Below, one piece after another: positions 56,839 to 64,000 of a DNA stretch of 64,000 nt (position 1 is its first letter; each line of letters starts with the position of its first letter). The notes under the pieces were generated by a model that ran no database searches, was not told where the DNA came from, and saw only the letters and a program-made list of their open reading frames with translations. The translations under genes and the position numbers were made by a program. Origin of the DNA: Culturomica sp. (GTDB lineage: Bacteria; Bacteroidota; Bacteroidia; Bacteroidales; Marinifilaceae); contig JAISVB010000075.1 in the NCBI GenBank assembly GCA_031271755.1, forward strand, positions 14,955 to 78,954. Direction: 5' to 3'.

Positions 56839-57162
56839 ATGGACAGAAAGTTTCATATAAAGAAAGGTGATGTGGTTTTCGTGAATGCCGGCGTGGATAA
56901 AGGCAAACAGGGTAAAGTCCTGGAGATGCTGCCTAAAGAAGAGCGGGCGATTGTGGAAGGTATCAACATGGTAAGCAAGCACACGAAACCCAACGCGAAG
57001 AATCCGCAGGGAGGGATCCTGAAAAAAGAGGCTCCGATTCATATTTCCAACCTGAATGTGGTCGATCCGTCAACCGGTAAGCCGACCAAGGTGGGCCGGA
57101 AAATGGGGGATAAGGGCAAATTGGTCCGGTTCGCCAGGAAGTCCGGGGAAGTATTGAAATAG
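56839..57162 (+). CDS. rplX: 50S ribosomal protein L24
   Basis: ...[22 protein letters not shown].. is the KOW motif. ATG 56839 was chosen over the TTG at 56821. Confidence 0.93.
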   Translation: MDRKFHIKKGDVVFVNAGVDKGKQGKVLEMLPKEERAIVEGINMVSKHTKPNAKNPQGGILKKEAPIHISNLNVVDPSTGKPTKVGRKMGDKGKLVRFARKSGEVLK

Positions 57163-57182
57163 GGATTTAATCGTAAATCCCT
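57161..57182 (+). terminator. Terminator-like hairpin overlapping the rplX stop codon
   Basis: AGGGATTTA-atcg-TAAATCCCT has a perfect 9-bp stem. No strong U-tract follows. Confidence 0.35.
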
Positions 57183-57204
57183 GTTATGGATTGAAAAATA
57201 ATTG

Positions 57205-57212
57205 TATTTTTG
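57205..57212 (+). promoter_or_regulatory. Candidate internal -7 box (TATTTTTG) in the rplX-rplE spacer
   Basis: TTGTATTTTTGCAGG lies 78 nt upstream of the rplE ATG. Confidence 0.3.
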
Positions 57213-57216
57213 CAGG

Positions 57217-57237
57217 CTGAAAAATTGGATTTTTCAG
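57217..57237 (+). promoter_or_regulatory. Perfect 9-bp hairpin in the rplE leader
   Basis: CTGAAAAAT-tgg-ATTTTTCAG was read directly. It begins 5 nt after the candidate -7 box. Confidence 0.35.
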
Positions 57238-57290
57238 ATGTGATTTATTGTGTGCGATGTGAATCGAAATGGATAACTATTAATTAATTA

Positions 57291-57839
57291 ATGAATTACG
57301 TACCGAATTTAAAAAGAAAGTATAGCGAAGAGGTTGTACCGGCTCTGGTGAAAGAGTTCGGATACAAGTCAGTTATGCAGGCTCCCCGGTTGGAGAAGAT
57401 AGTAATCAACCAGGGATTGGGGTCCTCTATTCAGGACAAAAAAATATTGGAGTTTGCCGTCAACGAATTGGCGATGATCACCGGGCAGAAGCCGGTTACC
57501 ACTAAGTCGTCCAAAGACATCTCCAATTTTAAATTGCGTAAGAACATGCCTATCGGTGTGCGAGTTACCTTGCGCAAGGAACGTATGTACGAATTTCTGG
57601 AAAGATTGATCACTTCCGCGCTGCCGCGTATCCGGGACTTTAAAGGGATCGGAAGCAAGCTGGACGGGAGAGGCAATTATACGTTAGGTCTGGAAGAGCA
57701 GATCATATTCCCTGAAATTGTGTTGGATAATGTGCACAAGATCACGGGTATGAACATCACGTTTGTGACTTCGGCCAATACCGACGAAGAAGGTTTTGCG
57801 CTTCTCAGAGAATTTGGATTACCCTTTAAAAAGAATTAA
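57291..57839 (+). CDS. rplE: 50S ribosomal protein L5
   Basis: ...LKRKY.EEVVPAL.KEF.YKSVMQ.PRLEKIV.NQG.G is canonical L5. Confidence 0.97.
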   Translation: MNYVPNLKRKYSEEVVPALVKEFGYKSVMQAPRLEKIVINQGLGSSIQDKKILEFAVNELAMITGQKPVTTKSSKDISNFKLRKNMPIGVRVTLRKERMYEFLERLITSALPRIRDFKGIGSKLDGRGNYTLGLEEQIIFPEIVLDNVHKITGMNITFVTSANTDEEGFALLREFGLPFKKN

Positions 57840-57850
57840 CAAAGAGCGAA

Positions 57851-58120
57851 ATGGCAAAAGAATCAATGAAAGCCCGCGAGGTAAAACGTGCAAAATTGGT
57901 AGAAAAGTACGCGGCCAAACGGGCAAAACTGAAAGCAGAAGGAGATTACGCCGGATTGAGCCTTCTTCCCAAAAATTCCAATCCGAACCGCCTGCGCAAC
58001 AGGTGTAAACTGACCGGCCGGCCGAGAGGCTATATGAGACAGTTCGGTATCAGCAGGATCCAGTTCCGTGAAATGGCTTCCGCAGGGTTGATACCGGGAG
58101 TGAAGAAAGCGAGTTGGTAA
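57851..58120 (+). CDS. rpsN: 30S ribosomal protein S14
   Basis: [22 protein letters not shown]....RNRC..TGRPRGY.R.FG.SR..FRE is S14. Confidence 0.95.
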   Translation: MAKESMKAREVKRAKLVEKYAAKRAKLKAEGDYAGLSLLPKNSNPNRLRNRCKLTGRPRGYMRQFGISRIQFREMASAGLIPGVKKASW

Positions 58121-58139
58121 TGATTAAAATGGAACAGAA

Positions 58140-58535
58140 ATGACAGATCCAATAGCAGATTTTCTTACACGTTTGAGAAACGCGATAAGTGCCGGTCACA
58201 AAGTTGTCGATATCCCCGGTTCCAATATGAAGCGGGAGATGACGAAGATCCTCAAAGAAAAAGGGTACATCCTGAACTATAAGTTTGAACAGGACGGTGC
58301 CAAATCCAATATCAAGATTGCCTTGAAGTATCATCCGGAAACCAAAGTACCGGCGATCAAGTCGCTGGTGCGCGTATCTAAACCGGGACTGAGGCGTTAC
58401 ACCGATGTGGAGGATATGCCGCAGGTGTTGAACGGATTGGGGATCGCCATCCTTTCTACCTCTCACGGGTTGATGACAGACAAAGAAGCCCGCCAGAAAA
58501 ATGTGGGCGGTGAAGTATTGTGTTTCGTGTATTAA
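58140..58535 (+). CDS. rpsH: 30S ribosomal protein S8
   Basis: MTDPIADFLTR.RNA... is the canonical S8 N-terminus. Size is 131 aa. Confidence 0.97.
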   Translation: MTDPIADFLTRLRNAISAGHKVVDIPGSNMKREMTKILKEKGYILNYKFEQDGAKSNIKIALKYHPETKVPAIKSLVRVSKPGLRRYTDVEDMPQVLNGLGIAILSTSHGLMTDKEARQKNVGGEVLCFVY

Positions 58536-58555
58536 CTGAATAAAGTGAAGAAGCA

Positions 58556-59110
58556 ATGTCACGAATAGGAAATTTACCGATAGATATACCGAAGGGGGTC
58601 ACGGTAGCCGTGGACTCCGATAATACCGTCACCGTGAAAGGGCCGAAAGGTGCGCTTACCCAGAAGGTAAATGAAAGCCTTACTGTCGAAGTAAACGGTG
58701 ATACAGTGAATATAAAACGCCATACGGAAGAGAAGCCCCACAAGGCTATGCACGGTTTGTACCGTTCCCTGATCAATAACATGGTCGTGGGGGTTTCCGA
58801 AGGCTATACCATCAAACAGGAGCTGGTCGGCGTAGGATACCGGGCGAATGCCGATGGGCAGATATTGGAGTTGGGGCTTGGTTACTCACACGCCATCTTT
58901 TTGCAGATCCCTGCCGAAGTGAAGGTTTCTGCGGTTACGGAGAAGCGTGCCAACCCGATCATTACGCTGGAGAGTTGCGATAAGCAACTGATCGGCCAGG
59001 TGGCTGCCAAGATCCGTTCTTTCCGTAAACCGGAACCTTACAAAGGGAAAGGGATACGCTTCGTAGGGGAACAGGTTCGCCGCAAAGCCGGTAAATCAGC
59101 GAAAGTTTAA
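58556..59110 (+). CDS. rplF: 50S ribosomal protein L6
   Basis: MSRIG..PI.IP.GV.V.......V.VKGPKG.L is canonical L6. Confidence 0.97.
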   Translation: MSRIGNLPIDIPKGVTVAVDSDNTVTVKGPKGALTQKVNESLTVEVNGDTVNIKRHTEEKPHKAMHGLYRSLINNMVVGVSEGYTIKQELVGVGYRANADGQILELGLGYSHAIFLQIPAEVKVSAVTEKRANPIITLESCDKQLIGQVAAKIRSFRKPEPYKGKGIRFVGEQVRRKAGKSAKV

Positions 59111-59133
59111 TCTTTAAAGAAAGTTAGGAAGTT

Positions 59134-59490
59134 ATGGCTTTAACGAAGGAAGAAAGAAGATTGAGAATAAAGAGGAGGATCCGCAAGATCGTTTCCGGCA
59201 CGGCCGAGAGGCCCCGCATGAGCGTTTTCCGCTCCAATGCGCAGATCTCAGTCCAGTTGATCGACGATACGACAGGTAAAACGGTTTTATCTGTTTCCTC
59301 TTTGTGCAAAGAGCTGGCCGCTCAGAAAGGCACGAAGACCGAACAGGCCGCCCACGTGGGAAGCGCCATTGCCGAGAAGGCAAAATCGGCGGGTATTCAA
59401 ACCGTGGTGTTCGACAGAAACGGTTATTTGTACCACGGAAGGGTAAAAGCGCTGGCGGATGCCGCCCGGAACGGAGGTCTTAATTTTTAA
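59134..59490 (+). CDS. rplR: 50S ribosomal protein L18
   Basis: ...[17 protein letters not shown]......[20 protein letters not shown] is canonical L18. Confidence 0.96.
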   Translation: MALTKEERRLRIKRRIRKIVSGTAERPRMSVFRSNAQISVQLIDDTTGKTVLSVSSLCKELAAQKGTKTEQAAHVGSAIAEKAKSAGIQTVVFDRNGYLYHGRVKALADAARNGGLNF

Positions 59491-59501
59491 ACGGAACGGA
59501 A

Positions 59502-60005
59502 ATGGAAAAAGTAGTTAATACGGACCTGGAATTGAAAGACAGATTGGTGGCTATCAATCGTGTGACCAAAGTGACGAAGGGGGGGCGGACGTTCAGTTTT
59601 GCAGCCATCGTTGTTGTCGGAGACGAGAACGGCGTTGTGGGCTGGGGATTGGGCAAAGCCAACGAGGTTACCACGGCCATCTCTAAAGGGATCGAAGCTG
59701 CCAAGAAAAACCTGATCAGGGTGCCGGTGCGCAAAGGAACCATTCCGCACGAACAGATCGCCCGCTTCGGCGGTGCGCAGGTATTTATGAAGCCTGCTTC
59801 TTCCGGTACCGGCCTGGTGGCCGGAGGTGCTATGCGCGCCGTACTGGAAAGCGCCGGGATTCACGATGTGTTGGCAAAGAGCAAAGGTTCTTCCAATCCG
59901 CACAACCTGGTAAAGGCGACCATTCTTGCTTTGAAGGAGATGAGAGACGCCCGTACGGTGGCGCGGCAGCGTACCATCAGCTTGGATAAAGTGTTTAACG
60001 GTTAA
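59502..60005 (+). CDS. rpsE: 30S ribosomal protein S5
   Basis: ...[35 protein letters not shown] is canonical S5. Confidence 0.97.
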   Translation: MEKVVNTDLELKDRLVAINRVTKVTKGGRTFSFAAIVVVGDENGVVGWGLGKANEVTTAISKGIEAAKKNLIRVPVRKGTIPHEQIARFGGAQVFMKPASSGTGLVAGGAMRAVLESAGIHDVLAKSKGSSNPHNLVKATILALKEMRDARTVARQRTISLDKVFNG

Positions 60006-60016
60006 TTTGATGAACG

Positions 60017-60199
60017 ATGGCGAAGATTAAGATTACATTGGTAAGAAGTAAAATCGGCAGCACGAAGCGTCAGATCGGGACCGTAACCGCTTTGGGACTT
60101 GGGAAGATCAACAGCAGCGCCGAACACGAAGCTACTCCGCAGATATTGGGAATGGTGGCGAAAGTGAACCACTTGGTGAAGGTGGAGGAAGTAAAATAA
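60017..60199 (+). CDS. rpmD: 50S ribosomal protein L30
   Basis: The 60-aa protein [13 protein letters not shown]....Q..T..ALGL.K is L30. Confidence 0.93.
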   Translation: MAKIKITLVRSKIGSTKRQIGTVTALGLGKINSSAEHEATPQILGMVAKVNHLVKVEEVK

Positions 60200-60226
60200 T
60201 TGTCGAACGTTTTTAACAGATATACA

Positions 60227-60673
60227 ATGGATTTAAGTAGCTTAAAACCGGCTTACGGTTCCACGCACAGCGAGAAAAGGATCGGCCGTGGACAGGGGTC
60301 GGGAAAAGGAGGTACTTCCACCAGAGGGCATAAAGGGGCCAAATCGAGATCCGGTTACAAAAAGAAGATCGGTTTTGAGGGCGGCCAGATGCCTTTGCAG
60401 CGGAGGGTGCCCAAATTCGGCTTTAAAAATATTAACCGGGTAGAATACAAAGCGATCAATATCGGCATGTTGCAGGAATTGGCCGAAAGGGACAGTTTGA
60501 CCGTTGTGGACAGAAATGTACTGATCAATGCAGGCCTGATGTCCAAAAACGATCTGCTGAAAGTCCTGGGAGACGGCGTACTGAAAGCCAAATTGGAGGT
60601 GAAAGCGAATGCTTTTTCCAAAAAGGCGGTGGAGGCCATTGAAGCGGCCGGCGGTTCTGCCGTTGTATTGTAA
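60227..60673 (+). CDS. rplO: 50S ribosomal protein L15
   Basis: [11 protein letters not shown]....KR.GRG.GSG.GGT..RGHKG is canonical L15. ATG 60227 was chosen over the TTG at 60200. Confidence 0.95.
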   Translation: MDLSSLKPAYGSTHSEKRIGRGQGSGKGGTSTRGHKGAKSRSGYKKKIGFEGGQMPLQRRVPKFGFKNINRVEYKAINIGMLQELAERDSLTVVDRNVLINAGLMSKNDLLKVLGDGVLKAKLEVKANAFSKKAVEAIEAAGGSAVVL

Positions 60674-60782
60674 TCAAGGGACAGGTTAATAAAAGCAGAC
60701 GATGAAACCTGCTGGCTGCAAGCGTTGAAAAAGATGTTTCAGCAAAAGGTTCCGTCCGACTGCAAAGAGAAAAATACAACCT

Positions 60783-62123
60783 ATGAAATTAATTGATACT
60801 TTAAAGAACATTTGGAAAATCGAGGAGCTCAGGACCCGGATCCTCATGACCTTGGGGCTGGTAGCCGTGTACCGTTTGGGAACGGAAGTCGTGTTGCCGG
60901 GGATCGACCCGGCCGGCCTGGTGGCCCTGCAGGAGCAGACCAAAACCGGTGTGCTCGGCCTGTTGGACATGTTTTCCGGGGGAGCTTTTTCCAATGCTTC
61001 CGTATTTGCTTTGGGTATTATGCCCTACATCTCGGCCTCCATTGTTGTGCAGTTGCTGGGGATCGTAGTCCCTTATTTTCAGCGGATGCAGCGTGAAGGA
61101 GAGAGCGGAAGGCGTAAGATCAATCAGATCACCCGTTACCTGACACTGATCATTCTGGTGTTGCAGGGATCGGCTTACCTGACTAACCTGCACGCACAGA
61201 TCCCTCCCCAGTACTTTATCATCAAAGGAGCCTTTTTTACGTTCTCTTCCGTTGCGATCTTAGCGGCGGGTTCGATGTTCGTATTGTGGCTGGGTGAAAA
61301 GATCACGGACAAAGGGATCGGGAACGGGGTTTCCATTATCATTATGATCGGGATTATCGCCCGCCTGCCTTTTGCCGCGTTTGCGGAAGGAACTGCCCGC
61401 ATGTCGCAGCAGGGCGGAGGTTTGATAGCGGTATTGGTCGAGTTGGTGATCCTCTTCTTTGTCTTTTGCGGAACTATTATGCTGGTACAGGGTACCCGGA
61501 AAGTTCCCGTGCAGTATGCCAAACGGGTGGTCGGTAACAAGCAGTACGGCGGAGTGCGTCAGTACATTCCTTTGAAGATCAACGCTGCCGGTGTTATGCC
61601 GATCATTTTTGCGCAGGCGATCATGTTGTTGCCCATCTCCTTTGCCAATTTCTCGGATTCGGAAGGAATGTCCTGGTTTGCTGCCACTTTCTCCAATTTT
61701 ACGGGAGCATGGTACAACGGCACCTTTTTTGTCCTGATCGTGGTGTTCACCTATTTTTATACGGCGATCACCGTGAATCCGATGCAGATGGCGGAAGATA
61801 TGAAGAAAAACGGCGGGTTTATACCGGGCATTAAACCGGGCAGGAAGACTATGGAGTTCTTAGATACGATTATGTCGAGGATTACCTTACCGGGCTCCAT
61901 TTTCCTGGGGATTGTCGCTATTCTGCCGGCATTTGCGATGCTGGCGGGGGTGAATAACCAGTTCGCGCAGTTTTACGGCGGAACTTCTTTGTTGATATTG
62001 GTAGGGGTTGTATTGGATACGTTGCAGCAGATCGAATCGCATTTGTTGATGCGCCATTACGACGGCTTGATGAAATCGGGGCGGATCAAAGGGAAGAATC
62101 CGGCCGGTCCGGCTGCGTATTGA
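60783..62123 (+). CDS. secY: Preprotein translocase subunit SecY
   Basis: ...ELR.RIL.TLGL...YR.G..V.LPGID... The protein has ten TM helices and is 446 aa. It sits in the conserved position after rplO. Confidence 0.97.
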   Translation: MKLIDTLKNIWKIEELRTRILMTLGLVAVYRLGTEVVLPGIDPAGLVALQEQTKTGVLGLLDMFSGGAFSNASVFALGIMPYISASIVVQLLGIVVPYFQRMQREGESGRRKINQITRYLTLIILVLQGSAYLTNLHAQIPPQYFIIKGAFFTFSSVAILAAGSMFVLWLGEKITDKGIGNGVSIIIMIGIIARLPFAAFAEGTARMSQQGGGLIAVLVELVILFFVFCGTIMLVQGTRKVPVQYAKRVVGNKQYGGVRQYIPLKINAAGVMPIIFAQAIMLLPISFANFSDSEGMSWFAATFSNFTGAWYNGTFFVLIVVFTYFYTAITVNPMQMAEDMKKNGGFIPGIKPGRKTMEFLDTIMSRITLPGSIFLGIVAILPAFAMLAGVNNQFAQFYGGTSLLILVGVVLDTLQQIESHLLMRHYDGLMKSGRIKGKNPAGPAAY

Positions 62124-62154
62124 TCGGATCGATGAAAAGTATTACTTTTGCAGC

Positions 62155-62937
62155 ATGATTTTTTTGAAGACAGCGGAGGAGATTGAACTGCTTCGGGAAA
62201 GTAATCTTTTGGTCGGGAAAACTCTGGGGGAATTGGCAAAGCACATTCACCCGGGGGTTTCAACGTTGAAACTGGACAGGATCGCAGAGGAGTTTATCCG
62301 GGATCACGGGGCGGAGCCCGGTTTTCTGGGGTACAATCATTTTCCGAATACGCTTTGTGTTTCTCTGAACGATGAAGTGGTACACGGGATGCCTGCTGCG
62401 GACAGGGTTTTGAAAGAGGGGGATGTGGTTTCGATAGATTGCGGAACGCTGAAAAACGGTTTCTACGGAGACAGCGCTTATACTTTTGCGGTCGGAGAGA
62501 TCGGTGCAGAGCTGAAAAAATTGTTGGAGACGACTAAGGAAGCGTTGTACAGGGGGATCGAGAAAGCTGTATCAGGCCTTCGGATCGGGGACATTGCTTA
62601 TGCCGTGCAGAGCCATTGCGAAGCGAACGGTTATACGGTGGTGAGGGATCTGGTCGGGCACGGCATCGGCCGGCAGATGCACGAGGAGCCCCAGGTGCCG
62701 AATTACGGGAAGCGGGGACAGGGCGTGAAGTTGCAGGAGGGGATGGTGATTGCGATCGAACCGATGATCAATCTGGGGAAACGCCATGTTTACCAGGACA
62801 GGGACGGATGGACCATCCGGACACGGGACAGAATGCCTTCCGCTCATTTTGAGCATACGGTGGCTGTCGGGAAGCGGGAAGCGGATATCCTTTCATCGTT
62901 CGAATATGTAGAGGAAGTTTTGAGACATACTAATTAG
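62155..62937 (+). CDS. map: Type I methionine aminopeptidase
   Basis: Metal ligands are in the expected context (VSIDCG...YGDSA, GHGIG, IEPM, FEHT). Size is 260 aa. Confidence 0.95.
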   Translation: MIFLKTAEEIELLRESNLLVGKTLGELAKHIHPGVSTLKLDRIAEEFIRDHGAEPGFLGYNHFPNTLCVSLNDEVVHGMPAADRVLKEGDVVSIDCGTLKNGFYGDSAYTFAVGEIGAELKKLLETTKEALYRGIEKAVSGLRIGDIAYAVQSHCEANGYTVVRDLVGHGIGRQMHEEPQVPNYGKRGQGVKLQEGMVIAIEPMINLGKRHVYQDRDGWTIRTRDRMPSAHFEHTVAVGKREADILSSFEYVEEVLRHTN

Positions 62938-62949
62938 CAGCAAAGGTAT

Positions 62950-63171
62950 ATGGGAAAACAGCCGTCAATAGAGCAGGATGGGGTCATCACGGAAGCGCTG
63001 TCCAATGCGATGTTCCGCGTTGAACTGGAAAACGGGCACGTGATCACGGCCCACATTTCGGGCAAGATGCGGATGCATTACATCAAGATCCTGCCCGGCG
63101 ACCGGGTAAAGGTGGATATGTCTCCCTACGACCTGACCAAGGGGCGGATTACGTTCAGGTATAAAAATTAA
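62950..63171 (+). CDS. infA: Translation initiation factor IF-1
   Basis: ...[57 protein letters not shown] is canonical IF-1. Confidence 0.97.
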   Translation: MGKQPSIEQDGVITEALSNAMFRVELENGHVITAHISGKMRMHYIKILPGDRVKVDMSPYDLTKGRITFRYKN

Positions 63172-63191
63172 TTTTAAATAGAATAAGTTGT

Positions 63192-63308
63192 ATGAAAGTA
63201 AGAGCATCTATCAAGAAGCGAAGCGCCGATTGTAAGATCGTAAGAAGAAAAGGCGTTTTGTACGTCATTAACAAAAAGAACCCGAAGTTTAAACAACGTC
63301 AGGGGTGA
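63192..63308 (+). CDS. rpmJ: 50S ribosomal protein L36 (38 aa; below the ORF-track cutoff, translated by hand)
   Basis: [38 protein letters not shown] is canonical L36. It lies between infA and rpsM. Confidence 0.93.
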   Translation: MKVRASIKKRSADCKIVRRKGVLYVINKKNPKFKQRQG

Positions 63309-63335
63309 CTCATTAATCAAATTTAAAACAGATTT

Positions 63336-63713
63336 ATGGCAAGAATCGTAGGTGTAGATTTACCCTCCAACAAAAGAGGAGAAATAGCCTTGACCTATAT
63401 CTTTGGTATAGGTAGAAGTAGTGCCCGGACTATCCTGAGTGAAGCCGGCATCGATTATGACCTGAAGGTAAAAGACTGGAACGATGACCAACTCGCAGCC
63501 GTACGTAAAATTATCAACACGGAGTACAAGGTTGAAGGAGAGTTGCGTTCTACCGTTCAGATGAACATCAAACGGTTGATGGACATCGGTTGTTACCGCG
63601 GAATCCGTCACCGGCTCGGATTGCCTGTCAGAGGACAGAGCACAAAGAACAATGCCCGTACAAGAAAGGGCAAGAAGAAAACTGTTGCCAACAAGAAAAA
63701 AGCAACGAAATAA
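63336..63713 (+). CDS. rpsM: 30S ribosomal protein S13
   Basis: [24 protein letters not shown] is canonical S13. Confidence 0.97.
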   Translation: MARIVGVDLPSNKRGEIALTYIFGIGRSSARTILSEAGIDYDLKVKDWNDDQLAAVRKIINTEYKVEGELRSTVQMNIKRLMDIGCYRGIRHRLGLPVRGQSTKNNARTRKGKKKTVANKKKATK

Positions 63714-63725
63714 TTGAACTGAATT

Positions 63726-64000
63726 ATGGCAAAGAAGTCTACATCAAACAGGAAACGGCTGGTCAAAGTGGAAGCCGTTGGACAAGCTCACGTTCACTCT
63801 TCTTTCAATAACATCATCGTTTCTCTGACCAACTCTACCGGACAGGTGATTTCCTGGTCTTCGGCAGGGAAAATGGGATTCAGGGGATCCAAGAAGAATA
63901 CTCCGTATGCCGCACAGATGGCTGCCAGCGACTGTGCCAAGGTGGCGTATGATTTGGGGATGAGAAAAGCGAAAGTATATGTTAAAGGACCGGGTAACGG
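63726..64000 (+). CDS. rpsK: 30S ribosomal protein S11, N-terminal part (3' end beyond the window)
   Basis: My translation is [64 protein letters not shown]... The frame stays open to the window edge. Confidence 0.93.
   Translation, partial: MAKKSTSNRKRLVKVEAVGQAHVHSSFNNIIVSLTNSTGQVISWSSAGKMGFRGSKKNTPYAAQMAASDCAKVAYDLGMRKAKVYVKGPGN

Overview
This 64-kb window looks like chromosome from a Bacteroidota (Bacteroidales-like) organism. The reasons are gene content and order, lipoprotein signals, almost no Shine-Dalgarno sequences, and repeated TAnnTTTG -7 promoter boxes. It falls into three blocks. (1) nt 1-13,292 is a same-strand surface-polysaccharide locus. It starts with a tightly overlapping CMP-pseudaminic acid operon: a pseB fragment, pseC, pseF, a pseG::pseH fusion and pseI. 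A translationally coupled Zn-ribbon SAM methyltransferase follows, then an orphan 438-aa protein, a CgeB-like glycosyltransferase and two GT2 enzymes. The block ends with a four-gene CDP-6-deoxyhexose module (rfbF, rfbG, a cupin epimerase, an SDR reductase). The middle of this locus is visibly AT-richer than its flanks. (2) nt 13.3-47.7 kb is mostly housekeeping. It holds a YfhO GT-C protein, a PpiD-like protein, topA-lspA-dksA-like-ileS, aspartate kinase, a lone ORF6N gene, an ADP-forming acyl-CoA synthetase and two small membrane proteins. It also holds an M60/enhancin-like lipoprotein peptidase, an M24 peptidase, rpsP-rimM, a class II-type RNR, ribF, glyQS, a Na/Pi transporter and groES-groEL. 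The last unit is a sensor-less sigma-54 activator followed by an LptE-like gene, a TPR gene and secG. (3) nt 48.1-64 kb is the str/S10/spc/alpha ribosomal-protein supercluster, running from rpsL to a partial rpsK with secY, map, infA and rpmJ. I recognised no rRNA, tRNA, CRISPR array, transposase or integrase, and no obvious defence system. The points most worth a second look are: the uncharacterised centre of the Pse locus, which may contain the nonulosonate transferase; a -24/-12 sigma-54-like element in front of groES near the sensor-less activator; an 11-bp phased tandem repeat upstream of rpsL; a perfect 17-bp hairpin inside the ORF6N gene; and an unusual structured 128-nt break between rplX and rplE. 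All functional calls come from reading the translations and motifs by eye. No database search was run.
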